This document shows, one piece after another, positions 50,569-63,327 of a DNA stretch of 64,000 nt. Source of the stretch: Octopus sinensis (taxonomy: Eukaryota); the NCBI RefSeq assembly GCF_006345805.1, contig NC_043004.1, positions 93,248,001-93,312,000 of the forward strand, given 5' to 3'. Both the position numbers and the translations under genes were made by a program. Under the pieces are notes generated by a model. It was not told the origin of the DNA, searched no databases, and was given only the letters and a program-made list of their open reading frames with translations. The stretch's first letter is position 1. Each line of letters starts with the position of its first letter.

Positions 50569-50739
50569 GTACTGCTCAACACCGAAATGAATTTAGTAAG
50601 TTTGGTTTTTCCACCTACCTACCTTCTGATGATGACCGGATGCTGAAGCTGGTGCACTACTGAAACAGTTTCTACAATTCTTGCACTTCATTCAGCCTCG
50701 TGAAAACAGCCCCAAATGATCTTAGCTAAATAGAGGGCA

Positions 50740-50917
50740 TAAGATTGGTTAAAATTCGAAAAATTAAACTACGTTAAACTTACAAATTACAATTTTCTCA
50801 AGAAAGCCAAGAGAAAAAAATGTTTTATTTTGACACATTCTACCAGTATACGAAGTTTAAAAGTTTAGTTAACTAGAAATTGTGTTGAAAACTGCCGTTC
50901 AAAAGGAAAAGAACCCG
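50740..50917. mobile_element. Orphan arm related to the TIR family at 24-1019
   Basis: Shares attggttaaaattc...aaactacg...ttttgacacattctaccagtatacgaagttt...agttaactag with 860-990. Confidence 0.7.
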
Positions 50918-51397
50918 CATAGTAATTTTGGAAGATTCATTTATTTTTTCGTTTGAGTAACAAAAAGGTTTTTAAAAAGATCCCATATATCATGGTGAGA
51001 GAAACAAATTCTTAAATACGGTGTTGAATATAGTTTCACTATGGAAAAAAAGTTAAGGGCGATTTAGCTGTTGTTTTTAATACATCTCCGCCATTGAGAT
51101 CTTTAAAAAAAATCTTATTCTATTACCGAGAAAAGAAAAATAAATGAATCTAAAAAACTTTTTCTTAAACTTTTTTCCATTACACTCAAGCAAAAAAAGA
51201 AATAATAATTTACGAATTATCCCTAAAGGATCAAAAGCTGATGATGTCAATGCATGCTTTAAAAAAATTGGAAACCTTTAGAGACGTGAAAAAACTTCAT
51301 CCTACGAGCAACACGACACTACTTCTTCAAGGTGATCATACAAGCTTCTTAAGACCTCAGCTAAATGAAAATTCATGGGGTCAAATGATACTTTCTC

Positions 51398-51797
51398 GGC
51401 GATCTTTCGTCTCTAGTAGACCTTTCCGTCGATTTCCGTAAAAAATTTTTTTTTACATATGGGCTTGCGGGAACTTACACCGAGTAAAAAATTTCAGTTA
51501 TCTCTTTCTTTCACACTTTACTCTGTCTCTTCACACACACTAACAGAAGCACTTCACTTACACAACATACTGTCTGTCTCCCACACCCCATCAAACACAC
51601 ACACCACACACACACACATGTACATCAATGCTTCCCTTGCACGGTAACTTCAAAAGAACTTCCCTCGTCATACAATCGCTTTCTCTTAGTCTTTTTCGCT
51701 CTCATTACTTCAAAAGTTCCCGCAAGCCCATATGCAAAAAAAAAAAAAATTTTTTACGGAAATCGACGGAAAGGTCTACTAGAGACGAAAGATCGCC
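51398..51797. mobile_element. MITE, copy 1 (GGCGATC termini, Merlin-like)
   Basis: ~79 bp left TIR ggcgatctttcgtctctagtagacctttccgtcg...gcgggaactt is inverted at 51714-51797. No TSD visible. Confidence 0.75.
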
Positions 51798-51864
51798 GAA
51801 ATGACTTTTCGATCAATTGACAACAGTCGATCAAGATCACCATAAACGACGGGTTGGGCATAAA

Positions 51865-52248
51865 GATGGGAACTGAACAGGAAACGGCATAGGACATGGA
51901 ACAGTGTAATGGTAAACGGAAAACTGAGAATAACCCCCGCTTTCCCGGTATTACCGGTCAACTCATTTATTCGTTTGTTAAAATAATATAGGGACATTCC
52001 TTATTCACCCACTAATCGTATTAATAGCTTGTAATACCTATTTTTAGCAACAGACTATTACCATATAGTAAAATATTTAACAAAATATTTAATGGCTTAA
52101 TTACACCTAACTGACGTGGGATTGGGGGATAAGAATGGAAGCGGAACTAAAACGGGAAATGAACAGGGAACTTGATAGGACAGTGTAATGGGGACGGGAA
52201 CTGAAAATAACCCCCGCTATTCCGGATATTACCGGGTAAGTCAGCTAG
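51865..52248 (+). mobile_element. Helitron 3' region with a duplicated terminator module
   Basis: Two copies of acagtgtaatgg...aataacccccgct..ccgg.tattaccgg (~51900-51957, ~52180-52235). The second ends gtaagtcagCTAG|T. 5' TC end not located. Confidence 0.6.
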
Positions 52249-52297
52249 TACACACACACACACACACATATATATGATATATAACATATATATATAT

Positions 52298-52909
52298 TTG
52301 ACATTTGACCGCGGCCATGCTGGAGTACCGCCTTTAGTCGAACAAATCGACCCCAGGACTTATTCTTTGTAAGCCTAGTACTTATTCTATCGGTCCTTTT
52401 TGCCGAACCGCTAAGTTACGGAACGTAAACACACCGACACTAGTTGTCAAGCGATGCCGCACACACAAACATATATATATATATACGACGGGCTTCTTTC
52501 AGTTTCCGTCAACCAAATCCCCTCACGAAGCTTTATAGTAGAAGCTGTGTGTGACAAGGTGTCAGACAGTGGGACTGAACTCGGAACCATGTGGTTGGAA
52601 AGCAAGCTTCTTACCATACAGCCACGCCTACCACACAGCAACACCTTGGCAGAAACGTTAGCACGCCGGGCGAAATGCGTAACCGTATTTCGTCTGCCGT
52701 TACGTTCTGAGTTCAAATTCCGCCGAGGTCGACTTTGCCTTTCATCCTTTCGGGGTCGATAAATTAAGTACCAGTTACGCACTGGGGTCGATATGATCGA
52801 CTTAATCCGCTTGTCTGTCCTTGTTTGTCCCCTCTGTGTTGCCCAGGGATTGAACCCGGAACCATGTGGTTGGTAAACAAGCTACTTACCACACAGCCAC
52901 TCCTGCGCC
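52298..52909. mobile_element. Composite: family B (-, 52298-52630), family A (+, ~52645-52840), family B head (-, 52841-52909)
   Basis: Recognisable family segments abut with no unique spacer. Confidence 0.7.
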
Positions 52910-53346
52910 TATGTATGCATGTATGTATGTATGTGTATGTGTGTGTGTGTATTAGTTTGCCTAAATATCTCCACTTTAAATGTAATTTTAAAAAAAGATT
53001 TCGAAGAGCGAAAACTAAACTTAAAGATGAAATAGAAATTGGTAATCTAGCTACATAACCCATTATTTTACAGTTGCATTATAAAGTTTTATCTGGAAAA
53101 CTAGCGACTTGTCACGATCAGCAATTAAGGCCGATTGTAGTAAGCCTCAATTAAAAAAAAAAAAAATAATAATGAAATTATTGTATACAGTACTCAGGTG
53201 CACCTTATTATTTAAAAAGGTGTAAGACTAAAAGCTAAATGAAGGACAAAGTATGAAATCTAGTAAACACCTGAATCTCACGTCTATTATCTCAATTAAC
53301 AGGAACCAGAGAGAACAGGTGGTTAAGAAGATAGGAGAGAATATTT

Positions 53347-53590
53347 AAAGGGCGGCGAGCTGGCAGAATCGTTAGCACGCCGGGCGAAATGCATAGCCGT
53401 ATTTCGTCTGCCGTTACATTCTGAGTTCAAATTCCGCCGAGGTTGACTTTGCCTTTCATCCTTTCGGGGTCGATAAATTAAGTATCAGTTACGCACTGGG
53501 GGGGGGGAGATCGATGTAATCGACTTAATCCGTTTGTCTATAATTGTTTGTCCCCTCTATGTTTAGCTCCTTGTGGGTAGTAAAGAAATA
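53347..53590 (+). mobile_element. Full-length SINE family A with 14 bp TSD
   Basis: AGGAGAGAATATTT at 53333-53346 and 53591-53604. Confidence 0.9.
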
Positions 53591-53679
53591 AGGAGAGAAT
53601 ATTTTAGGAGACCATCTGTTGGAACGATTTAGTCAACAGGATATTACAAGGAAAACAATTAGTGTTGAAGTAAGTCATC

Positions 53680-53958
53680 AAAAGCGGATGTTGCAGAAAA
53701 ATCCGGTTACGTACAAACGAGACCGAACCGGAAGTGACGATCGAAGCAACTTGTGTTGGACAGGCACGGCTCTTAGAAGACCATTTATTTACATGCACGA
53801 ATCACTTACTCATTCTCTTTCACCGTTTTCGCTTGTTTTTTCCTCTTATGTTGTTTTGTGTGTGTCACATGCTTGCTTGACATATTCGTGGAATCAGTCA
53901 ACAGTGAATTCAGACAGCATTTTTTACTCGATGGACGAGCCACTGTTTATCTCCAGGT
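53680..53958. promoter_or_regulatory. Candidate housekeeping-type promoter and first exon of an unidentified neighbouring transcript
   Basis: ACCGGAAGTGACG (overlapping ETS + CRE half-site) at 53727-53739, GCGGATGT and TTACGTA nearby, local CpG enrichment, and a plus-strand donor-like CAG|GTACGG at 53956/53957. Confidence 0.4.
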
Positions 53959-54143
53959 ACGGTTCAATTCACATTTTTCTGATCTAAAAAGTCGGACCAC
54001 ACTGTTTTTCTTTCCATGATTTCATTAGCATGTCTCTCTCATTCTTTCTGTTTACCTTTTCACCCCCTTCTCACCGTTCCAACCGTGACTTCATTCGCTC
54101 TTCTTTTTCTGTTTTGTGTTTATACTTATCTATATCTCTCATC

Positions 54144-54482
54144 GGCGATCTTTCGTCTCTTGTATGACGAGGGAAGTTCTTTTGAAGTTACCGTGCATGG
54201 ACTCTCTCTGTCTCTTCACACACACACACTAACAGAAGCACTTCACTTACACAACATACTTTCTGTCTCCCACACCCCATCAAACACACACACACACACA
54301 CACATGTACATCAATGCTTCCCATGCACGGTAACTTCAAAAGAACTTCCCTCGTCATACAATCGATTTCTCTTAGTCTCTTTCGCTCTCATTACTTCAAA
54401 AGTTCCCGCAAGCCCATATGTAAAAAAAAAAAATTTTTTTACGGAAATCGACGGAAAGGTCTACTAGAGACGAAAGATTGCC
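54144..54482. mobile_element. MITE, copy 2 (Merlin-like), with perfect 8 bp TSD
   Basis: GGCGATC...GATTGCC flanked by CTCTCATC (54136-54143, 54483-54490). 54161-54200 is the exact reverse complement of 54321-54360. Confidence 0.8.
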
Positions 54483-55179
54483 CTCTCATCTCATCTTTTC
54501 CGCTCCTTCTCACTACATTTTGCTCCCTTCTGTCCACATTTGTCCCTCGACTTTTCCACTATCATTTTGTCATTCTATCTCTCATCATTCAACATCATTC
54601 TTTTCCCCTATACGTCTCTCTCCTTCCTATAAGTTCTCTCTATTTTTTCAGAAATCGCACTCCCTGTTATTAACAATTTTTCATCCCCTTTCTGTCTCTT
54701 CCTCCCCCTTTTTTATTTTTATATCTCTGTCTCCCAATCTCTATTCCTTTTTTTTCTTCTTCTTGTATCTTCTCCACATCTACACTTGAGCTGGTAGAAT
54801 AACCATGTATGAGGTTTATTGGTGAGTTTCATACCTGGTTACTTAACCTGCAAGAAACAGCCACCTAATCTCCCTCCCATCACACTAAGCAAACAAACTA
54901 AGGGCACTTTGTATAGTGTTGTGCTACATGCATTATTTTGAACAGAAGTCTAGACGATCACAGCTGAAATGCCTTTGACCATCGCTCTTCCGTATCAAGG
55001 TTGACCATGAACTAAACAACAACTTCCATCCTGTTTATTCATCTCCGGCTCTTAATCTCGTTCGTACATGCACACACTTGTTGCATTCTTAAAAAGGATT
55101 ATAGTGTCACAATTTTTATGCTAGAGTTTATTTTTATAGTTAGACTTTAGTACTACAGCAAAATATATATTATCATACT

Positions 55180-55349
55180 AGGCGCAGGAGTGGCTGTGTG
55201 GTAAGTAGCTTGTTTACCAACAACATGGTTCCGAGTTCAGTCCCACTGCGTGGCACCTTGGGCAAGTGTCTTTTACTATAGCCTCGGGCCGACCGAAGGC
55301 TTGTGAGTGGATTTGGTAGACGGAAACTGAAAGAAGCCCGTAGTATATA

Positions 55350-55394
<45 letters not shown>

Positions 55395-55620
55395 GTATAT
55401 TTATTTATATATATATATGCGTGTGTGTGTTTGTCCCACTAGCATTGCTTGACAACCGATGCTGGTGTGTTTATGTCCCCGTTACTTAGCGGTTCGGCAA
55501 AAGAGACCGATACTGGGCTTACAAAAAAAGAATAAGTCCCGGGGTCAAGTTGCTCGATTAAAGGTGGTGCTCCAGCATGGCCGCAGTCAAATGACTGAAA
55601 CAAGTAACAGAGAGAGAGAG
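55180..55620 (+). mobile_element. Full-length SINE family B
   Basis: aggcgcaggagtggctgtgtggtaagtagcttg...gagttcagtccc...ggcaccttgggcaagtgtc (CORE-like)...cagtcaaatgactgaaacaag. Confidence 0.85.
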
Positions 55621-56454
55621 ATACTACACTGGACTATTACATGATTTGTATTTAAGTTAACAACAGCTTTTCAAACTCTGTTTTAAACACATAAAGCCAG
55701 TCTCAACCCTATAAGTGTATATATGCGTTGCATGTTTGTGTTTATGTGGCACTGCCTGAAACAGTTATGGACACTATTTCTTTAAATTTAATGACTGTAA
55801 TTCAGGTACCAACAGTTTTGGGAAGAGGGCGGTTAGTCGATTACTGGAACATTATTTTATCGATCCCGGAGGGATGCAAGTCAAAGAGTGACTTTGTCAG
55901 GATTTGAACTCAGAGTGTAAAGGTCTGTAACTAAATACTACAAACTAGTTTGCCCATCGCTCTAACATTACACCAAACCATCACTCTTAAGCTAAATAAT
56001 AACATTTGTGTATGTATAGTTAAACATTTACACGTGTGTTTGTGTGTATGATTTAAGTATATTCAAGTGTTGAGGTGTTGATATATTTAATGCAGAGAAT
56101 ATAAAATACTAGAGATGGTTAATTTGGCAGTGAAGAGAAAAAACAACAATTAAAGATTAATATTATTATTAACCATAGACTAATTTCAGCAAGCCTGATT
56201 AAGACAACTCCAGGCATGTTTTGATCTTATGAAACCTCCTCAGTGAATTATAGATTTTCTGGTATTTGGTAAAAGCAGTGATAATAGAATCACTCTGTAG
56301 ATGTACAATAATTTTAATTTGGAGTTGTACTTGCCTAACCAGTGACTTGATATGAGACTATCTTAAAATTGAAGCAATTTCATTGAAGAAGTACCATTTT
56401 AACAATTTTAAAAACATATCAAAATCACCTTTCTTGGTATCTTTTATCTTGTTT

Positions 56455-56790
56455 TAGTTATTGGACTGTGGCCATGCTGGGGCACTGTCTTGAAGAATTT
56501 TAATTGAATTGACTCCAATACTTATTTTTCAATGCTCGTTTTTTTTGCCAAACCGCTAAGTTATTAGGATGTAAACACACCAACACCAGTTGTCAAGTGG
56601 TGGTGGGAGACAAACACAGATGCAATGACATATACACCTGTATAATAGGCTTCTTTCAGTTTCTTTCTACTAAATCCACTCACAAGGCTTTGGTAAGCCT
56701 AAGACTAGTAGAAGTCTAAAGTGTCTTGCAGTGGGACTGAGTCTGGAACCATGTGGTTAGGGAACAAATTTCTTATCACACAGCCATGCC
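56455..56790 (-). mobile_element. Decayed SINE family B
   Basis: Reverse complement of the family B consensus seen at 55180. Confidence 0.7.
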
Positions 56791-59559
56791 TGTCAACATT
56801 TTCTACACATACCCGCTCAACTTGATGTCTATAAGAAACTGCCATCCTTTTGTTACTGTATTTGTAGTGTATTTCTGTTGAATCAGGGGCCTTTGTTTCA
56901 ATCAATTTTGAAAATACTGAAGAATTTTTTAAGATAAAAAAGTTAGTCTTGATTGACCATCTGTAACTTTTCTTTCTTTAATTAGGACTACATTTGTCAC
57001 AGGCTTTTTTTTTTTTACATTTTTAAAGCAGTAAAATGTGAGTTGAGGTACATTTAGTTGCTATTTCTGGCAAGTCAAGCAACAACATAAAAACTCCAGA
57101 GTTGGCTTGTAGTAAATATTGATTATCGAGTATAGTATATCTTAATGATTATATGTAATTATATATATTAACATCATTGTTTTAACGTCTACTTTTCCAT
57201 GCTTGCATGGTCAGATGGAATTCAATGAGGCAAATTCTCTACAGTTGGATGTTCTTCCTGTTTGTAAGTAAGCTAATATTTCCCTATAGCTAAACATATT
57301 TTTTACGGAAGTTCAGAAATAAATGGCTCTTGTTTACAACCATCATGTGATATCAAGACAAAGACACCCACCCACATGTAAACATCTTCATCAACATTTA
57401 ACATCCATTTTTCATGCTGGCATAGGTTGGACAGTTTGACAGAAACTCATCAGCTGAAGAGCTTTTCAAGCTCCATGTCTGTTTTGGCATGGTTTCTACG
57501 GCTGGATACCCTTCTTAATGTCAACCACTTTACAGAGTGTACTGGGTGCTTTTAATCAGCACTGATACAGTTGCTTTTTACATGGCACCTGTACTTATGA
57601 GCCTGCAAGATTAGGGGGTACTCAGCAGGAGGGGATTGTAAGGGGCAACCATGCTTTTACTTAGTTTCATGACTCTTTTCAAGCACAGCAAACTGCCAGT
57701 AGTCTCAATCCCCTGTCATCCCTTCTGTGAGTCCTTTCTCACCACTTTGTCTCGCATTTTCCTGAGTCTACTACTTCTACATGTTCTCTTCTTGGGTCTA
57801 CCCCTTCTACATCATCATATCATCATTTAATGTCCGTCTTCTATGCTGTCATAGGTTGGATGGTTTCACAGTAGCTGGTAAGTTAGAAGACTTCACTGAC
57901 TGTTTCGGCATGGTTTTGATAGATGGATGCCCTTCCCAATGCCAACTTACTTTACGAAATGAACTGGGTGCATTTTATGTGGAACCAGCACTTACATATA
58001 TGTATATGACTGGTTTCTGTCCACTAAGTCTATACACAAGGCTTTGGTTGACCTGGAGGTATAGGAGAGGACATTTGCCCAGGTGCTGCACAGTAGGACT
58101 AAACCTGAAAATATATACTGGGTGTGATGCACATTGTGTTCAGATTGGCTAATTCTGGAAGCAAATCATATCTCAGGTTAAAATAATCACCTGATAGTGG
58201 TTGAGGGCTCATTTGAACCACAATTTTAAGGGCTAACAGTTGGGACCAAAACTATTTATTTTTTTCTTTGTTTGTGGTTCAAATAACCAAATCAGGGCAT
58301 ATCAACCAAAATTGCCTTTTTGGTGTATTGCAGTTAAAAATGATTATCTGCAAGATCTCATCAGCTTTCAATCAAGGATAACATCTTCAGAAAAATGTCC
58401 ATCAGGTTTAGTCCTACTGTGCAGCACCTGGGCAAATGTCCTCTCCTATTGCTTTGAAATGTCCCAGCCCAAGTTGTTCTGTTTGTGGTGATGTTGGTCA
58501 CACAGCTTGCTCTTCAAAACGTAAGGTGTCTGCTTTGACAGAAGAACAATCAAGAATTGAATCACTATATTACTGACTGGTCCAAGTTACTCATATTTAT
58601 TGCTTGGCACTGTTGTTTCAATATTTGTTGTGGTTTGATGCTTCCTAGGGCTAAACAGCGGTGGTGTAATTCCCATACGGGACTGTCACGTTAAGTTGAC
58701 GGTATACAACCACTCTTACGCTCCACCACTGCTCATGTCTCCTTGAGACATTTAGAAATTTAATATTTTTGAATAAGTGATCAGTTTTTACAATTTAGTG
58801 CAAATAATTCTGATTTTCTTTTTGAATCATAGGGGGAGATGGTTTTCATTGTATTTTTTCCTTTTTTGGGGGGTGGGGTTGACTATGGTAAAGTTTCAAA
58901 CCAGGGATTTGTTGGGAATATTTTCTTTTTGTTATCTCATGTTTTGGTCCTTCTTCAATTTTTGGCATAAGCAAGGCAAAATACTCCAAGCCAGAATCTG
59001 ACCTTTCTAATCAGATTTTTTACCCTGTAAAATAGGCTAAATACCAAAAAAAGTGCATTGGGGATCAGTAACTATCGATCTTACCGAATTTTGGTTGGTT
59101 TTGATGTTTGGTACCTAAATTGGAATTATAGTTTCTGTGTGGCCGCTTAACTCCTTTGAACTGATTTTTTTCCATAGTTTACATAAATTGTTGAGGATGT
59201 CAAATATGTTAGCCCTTAATATGTCAAAATTATCAAGTTTGAGGGAGTTTTACCAAAAATTTGGATATTTTTCATGCATCGCCTATTTTCTCAAATTTCT
59301 CAAATTTATGTTGGCCTGTGCACTCTAGGCTGTAGCTTGACTGAAAGACAATAAAAAATGCTTCTAGATAAGTTCAAACAGATTAAAAATCTTTTTTGTG
59401 AACAAAATTATATTCAGTCTTATACTAAAGAAAAATATATAACTTTTGTTAAATTGTTAAAGAGCTATAAAAATTGAACCATACATTATTTTAAACTCAA
59501 GTTTTTTTTGCTTTGTAATCTTTTGAGTTTAGAGAATCAGAAAATATGCATTTTAAACA

Positions 59560-60450
59560 TCTGGGGAAAAAGTCCAAAAATGATAAATTCCCACTCTATG
59601 TGATGGTATTGCCATTTTATATTTTCAATTTCACATATGCACATTGTTTGTTTTTGATTTTGTCAACTACACAGTATAGTAGAGTCAGTTGGGCACTGTC
59701 TTATGAAAAACAGCACCATGACACAATTCACTCTGCTAGAAATTTAGAAATGACATGTTGTACTGCTTGGCATTCACACCAGAAGCTCCAATATGAATAT
59801 TTCAGAGTGTTTGGGTGTCACTCTGAGGACATGTACTGAGAGTGATAAAAATCACAGTCAATCAACATCATGGTGTTTGGAATGATCACTAGTGATGGCA
59901 ATATTATGCCTCTATTCATCTTCTCATATGGCTTTAAACTCAACACAGAGGCCTACATCAAATGCCTGGAGGAGGTAGTACTGCCCTGGGTCAAGAGGGT
60001 GGCTGCTGGGAGACCCTATGTCTGGCAACAGGACTCTGCACCATGCCACACAAGCAGGAGAACCCATTCATGGCTGTCAGACAATTTCTGTGACCACATC
60101 ACCTCTAACATTTGGCCACCTAACTCCCCAGACTGCAACTCCCTTGATATTATGTGTGGGGTGCAGATGAGCAAGAGATCAACAAAACTCCTCGTTGAAC
60201 TGAACTGAAGGCAAGGATTATGGCAGCATTCACCAACTTAAATAAGGAGACTGTTGAGAGGAGTTGCAGGAGATTCCGAAGTCATCTGGAGGCCGTGGTT
60301 GAAGCCAAAGGCAATTTCATTGAATAAATTTACTCTTTAGTATTTCAAGATCTTTTTCTGTAATTTGGGTAAATATTTCTGTTAAAATGAGGTGTCCGTG
60401 TTATTTTCATTGTTGTGTAATTTAGATGACAGTTTATTCACTGCACCCTA
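59560..60450 (+). mobile_element. maT-like DD37D transposon, internally deleted copy with right TIR
   Basis: WQQD-(37 aa)-D: QQDSAPCHTS...WPPNSPDCNSLD. Ends gacagtttattcactgcaccc-TATA. The region encoding the first Asp is deleted at ~59840. Confidence 0.88.
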
Positions 60451-60624
60451 TATATGGTGTGGCTGTGTGGTAAGTTTGTTCTCCAACCATATAGCACTGG
60501 GTTCAGTCCCACTGTGTGGTACCTTTAGCAAGTGTCTTCTACTATAGCCTTGGGCTGACCAAAGCTTTGTGTGTGGATTTGGCAGATGGAAACTGAAAGG
60601 AGCCTGTTGTGTGTGCATACATAC

Positions 60625-61058
60625 ATTTAAAAATTGTCGCTTCAAATTGGAGAATAAATATCATTATGGTATATATTATATATTATACTATGAGCCTTCC
60701 ATAGTAGCTTTCTCTCTGTAACTCTCAAAGCCTTTTGGGTTTGCATATAAAAATATTATTTATGTAGTATCAAGACAGTTTATGTGTATATTAACTAAAT
60801 TTGACTGATATTGAGGGGTAATCGTTTGACCAATCAGATACACAAGGAGCCATGAGAGCGTTGATTTGTGAGTTTGATTTAGCCTGAGGTTTGCTCATCA
60901 TTTTCCAGTCATTTGTTTATATTTAAAAATTCTCACTTCAGAGAATAAATATCATTATGACATATATGATATACAGTTATTATACTATGAGCCTTCCATA
61001 GTAGCTTTCTCTCTGTAACTTGCAAAGCCTTTCAGGTTTGTTTATAAAAATATTATGT
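60625..61058. repeat. ~130 bp diverged direct duplication (~60625-60765, ~60921-61058)
   Basis: Both copies share gagaataaatatcattatg...tatactatgagccttccatagtagctttctctctgtaact...tataaaaatattat. Confidence 0.85.
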
Positions 61059-61071
61059 GTATATATATATA

Positions 61072-61110
<39 letters not shown>

Positions 61111-61115
<5 letters not shown>

Positions 61116-61338
61116 CTTTATTACCCACAAGGGACTAAACACAGAGGGGACAAACAAGGACAGACAAACGAATTTAAGTCGATTACATCGACCCCAGTGC
61201 GTAACTGGTACTTTATTTATTGACCCCGAAAGGATGAAAGTCAAAGTCAACCTCGGCGGAATTTAGACTCAGAACGTAACCCGGCGTGCTAACGGTTACG
61301 CATTTCGCCCGGCGTGCTAACGGTTCTGCCAGCTCACC
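61111..61338 (-). mobile_element. SINE family A
   Basis: Family consensus on the minus strand. Confidence 0.8.
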
Positions 61339-62058
61339 ATGTGTGTGTGTGTCTGTTTGTCCCCCCCCCTGCTTGACAACCAGTGTTGATGTGTTTCTGT
61401 CCCTGTAACTTAGCAGTTCAGCAAAATAGCTTGATAGAATAAGTACCAGACTTAAAAAAAAAAAAAAAGAAACATAAGGACTGGAGTTTATTAATTTGAT
61501 TAAAATTCTTCAAGGTGGTGCCCCAGCATGGCCGCAGTCTCACAGCTGAAACAAGGAAAAGATAAAAGATGAGACATAATATATCCAGGCTTTGATGAAA
61601 CTTGTTCCAGCTATGACCATCCTGTACTGTTTTCAGACATCCTATATCTAGGACTAGAGATTTTACTAGTATTGCTAGTGGCTCAAATGACCACTTTAGA
61701 AACACTTTGTTGGTGTCTACTTCCCATATCAATTAATATAATAAGCAGTGTCTGTATCACCCTGCCCTAGTACTTTCACTGTCTGAATTTCAAGAGTTAA
61801 ACTAGCATGACATTTACTTAGCTGAGCTATAATACTTCCACTGTGTCTGCATATCTGCAGAAACACTAACAAGTTGCTTAGTTCACAGAATACGGAGTAG
61901 GAATCTACATAGTTTAAATATCCATTTATAAATTGTATATTTTATTTATTTATTTGCGTGTATATTTTATTTATTAAATGTTAAAGAGGAACAGGTATTT
62001 TATTCAATTAATCCCTTTCAGTAGCTTGCCACAAGTATTGAAGTATAAAACTGAACAT

Positions 62059-62482
62059 CAGGAGTGGCTGTGTGGTAAGTAGCTTGCTTACCAACCACAT
62101 GGTTCCAGGTTCAGTCCCACTGTGTGGCACCTTGGGCAAGTGTCTTCTACTATAGCCTCGGGCCGACCAAAACCTTGTTAGTGGATTTGGTAGACGGACA
62201 CTGAAAGAAGTCCATCATATATATGTATATATATATATGTATGTGCGTGTGTATAGGTTTGTGTGTCTGTGTTTGTTCCCCCACCCCCAACATCACTTGA
62301 CAACCGATGGTGCTATGTTCACATCCCCGTAACTTAGCGGTTCGGCAAAAGAGACTGATAGAATGAGTACTAGGCTTCCAAAGAATAAGTCCTGGGGTTG
62401 ATTTGCTCGACTAAAGGCGGTGCTCCAGCATGGCCGCAGTCAAATGACTGAAGCAAGAAAAAGAGTAAAAGAATAAAGAGAG
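62059..62482 (+). mobile_element. SINE family B
   Basis: Full head, CORE-like segment and (taaaaga)-type tail. Confidence 0.85.
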
Positions 62483-62916
62483 TAGCACACATGAGTTTTC
62501 TAGTTTCAGTTTATATCTTTAAGACCATCCTCCTTCTCTTTCAACTGGGGTGGTCATGTATCTTCTCAGAGCAAGACACTTATTCCTGTCCCTGCTATCA
62601 TTCTTAACCTCTCCCCACCTGGCATAAAAAACCACCTCCTTCAGTACTACTCGTCCACCTTGGTTGAGTGATCTTGTCTTGCAAGTTACTTGGTAACTGT
62701 GCTAGTACTGCTATCACGTATAAAGCACTCAGTACTCTCTGTAAAGTGGTTAGCATTAGAAAAGGCACTCAGCCATAGAAACCATGCCAAAGCTGACATT
62801 AGACCATGACATAGTTTTCCGATTGTTAGCTCCTGTGAAACCATCCAACCCACACTTGTATGGAAAACGGATGTTAGATGATGATGATGTTGATGTAATA
62901 CATACAAGTTATGGAT

Positions 62917-63327
62917 AGGCACAGGAGTGGCTGTGTGGTAAGTAGCTTGTTTACCAACCACATGGTTCCGGGTTCAGTCCCACTGCGTGGCACCTTGGGC
63001 AAGTGTCTTCTACTATAGCCTCGGGCCGACCAAAGCCTTGTGAGTGGATTTGGTAGACGGAAACTGAAAGAAGCCCGTCGTATATATGTATATATATATA
63101 TGTGTGTGTTTGTGTGTCTGTGTTTGTCCCCCTAGCATTGCTTGACAACCGATGCTGGTGTGTTTACGTCCCCGTTACTTAGCAGTTCGGCAAAAGAGAC
63201 TGATAGAATAAGTACTGGGCTTACAAAAAGAATAAGTCCCGGGGTCGAGTTGCTCGATTAAAGGCGGTGCTCCAGCATGGCCGCAGTCAAATGACTGAAA
63301 CAAGTAAAAGAGTAAAAGAGAAAGAGT
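62917..63327 (+). mobile_element. SINE family B, near consensus
   Basis: Full head, CORE-like segment and (taaaaga)-type tail. Confidence 0.88.

Noticed and set aside
58330-58410. Candidate plus-strand exon downstream of the 53.7 kb promoter
   Set aside because: The apparent donor is part of a decayed family B SINE, and frames joined from 53956 hit stops or lack a start.
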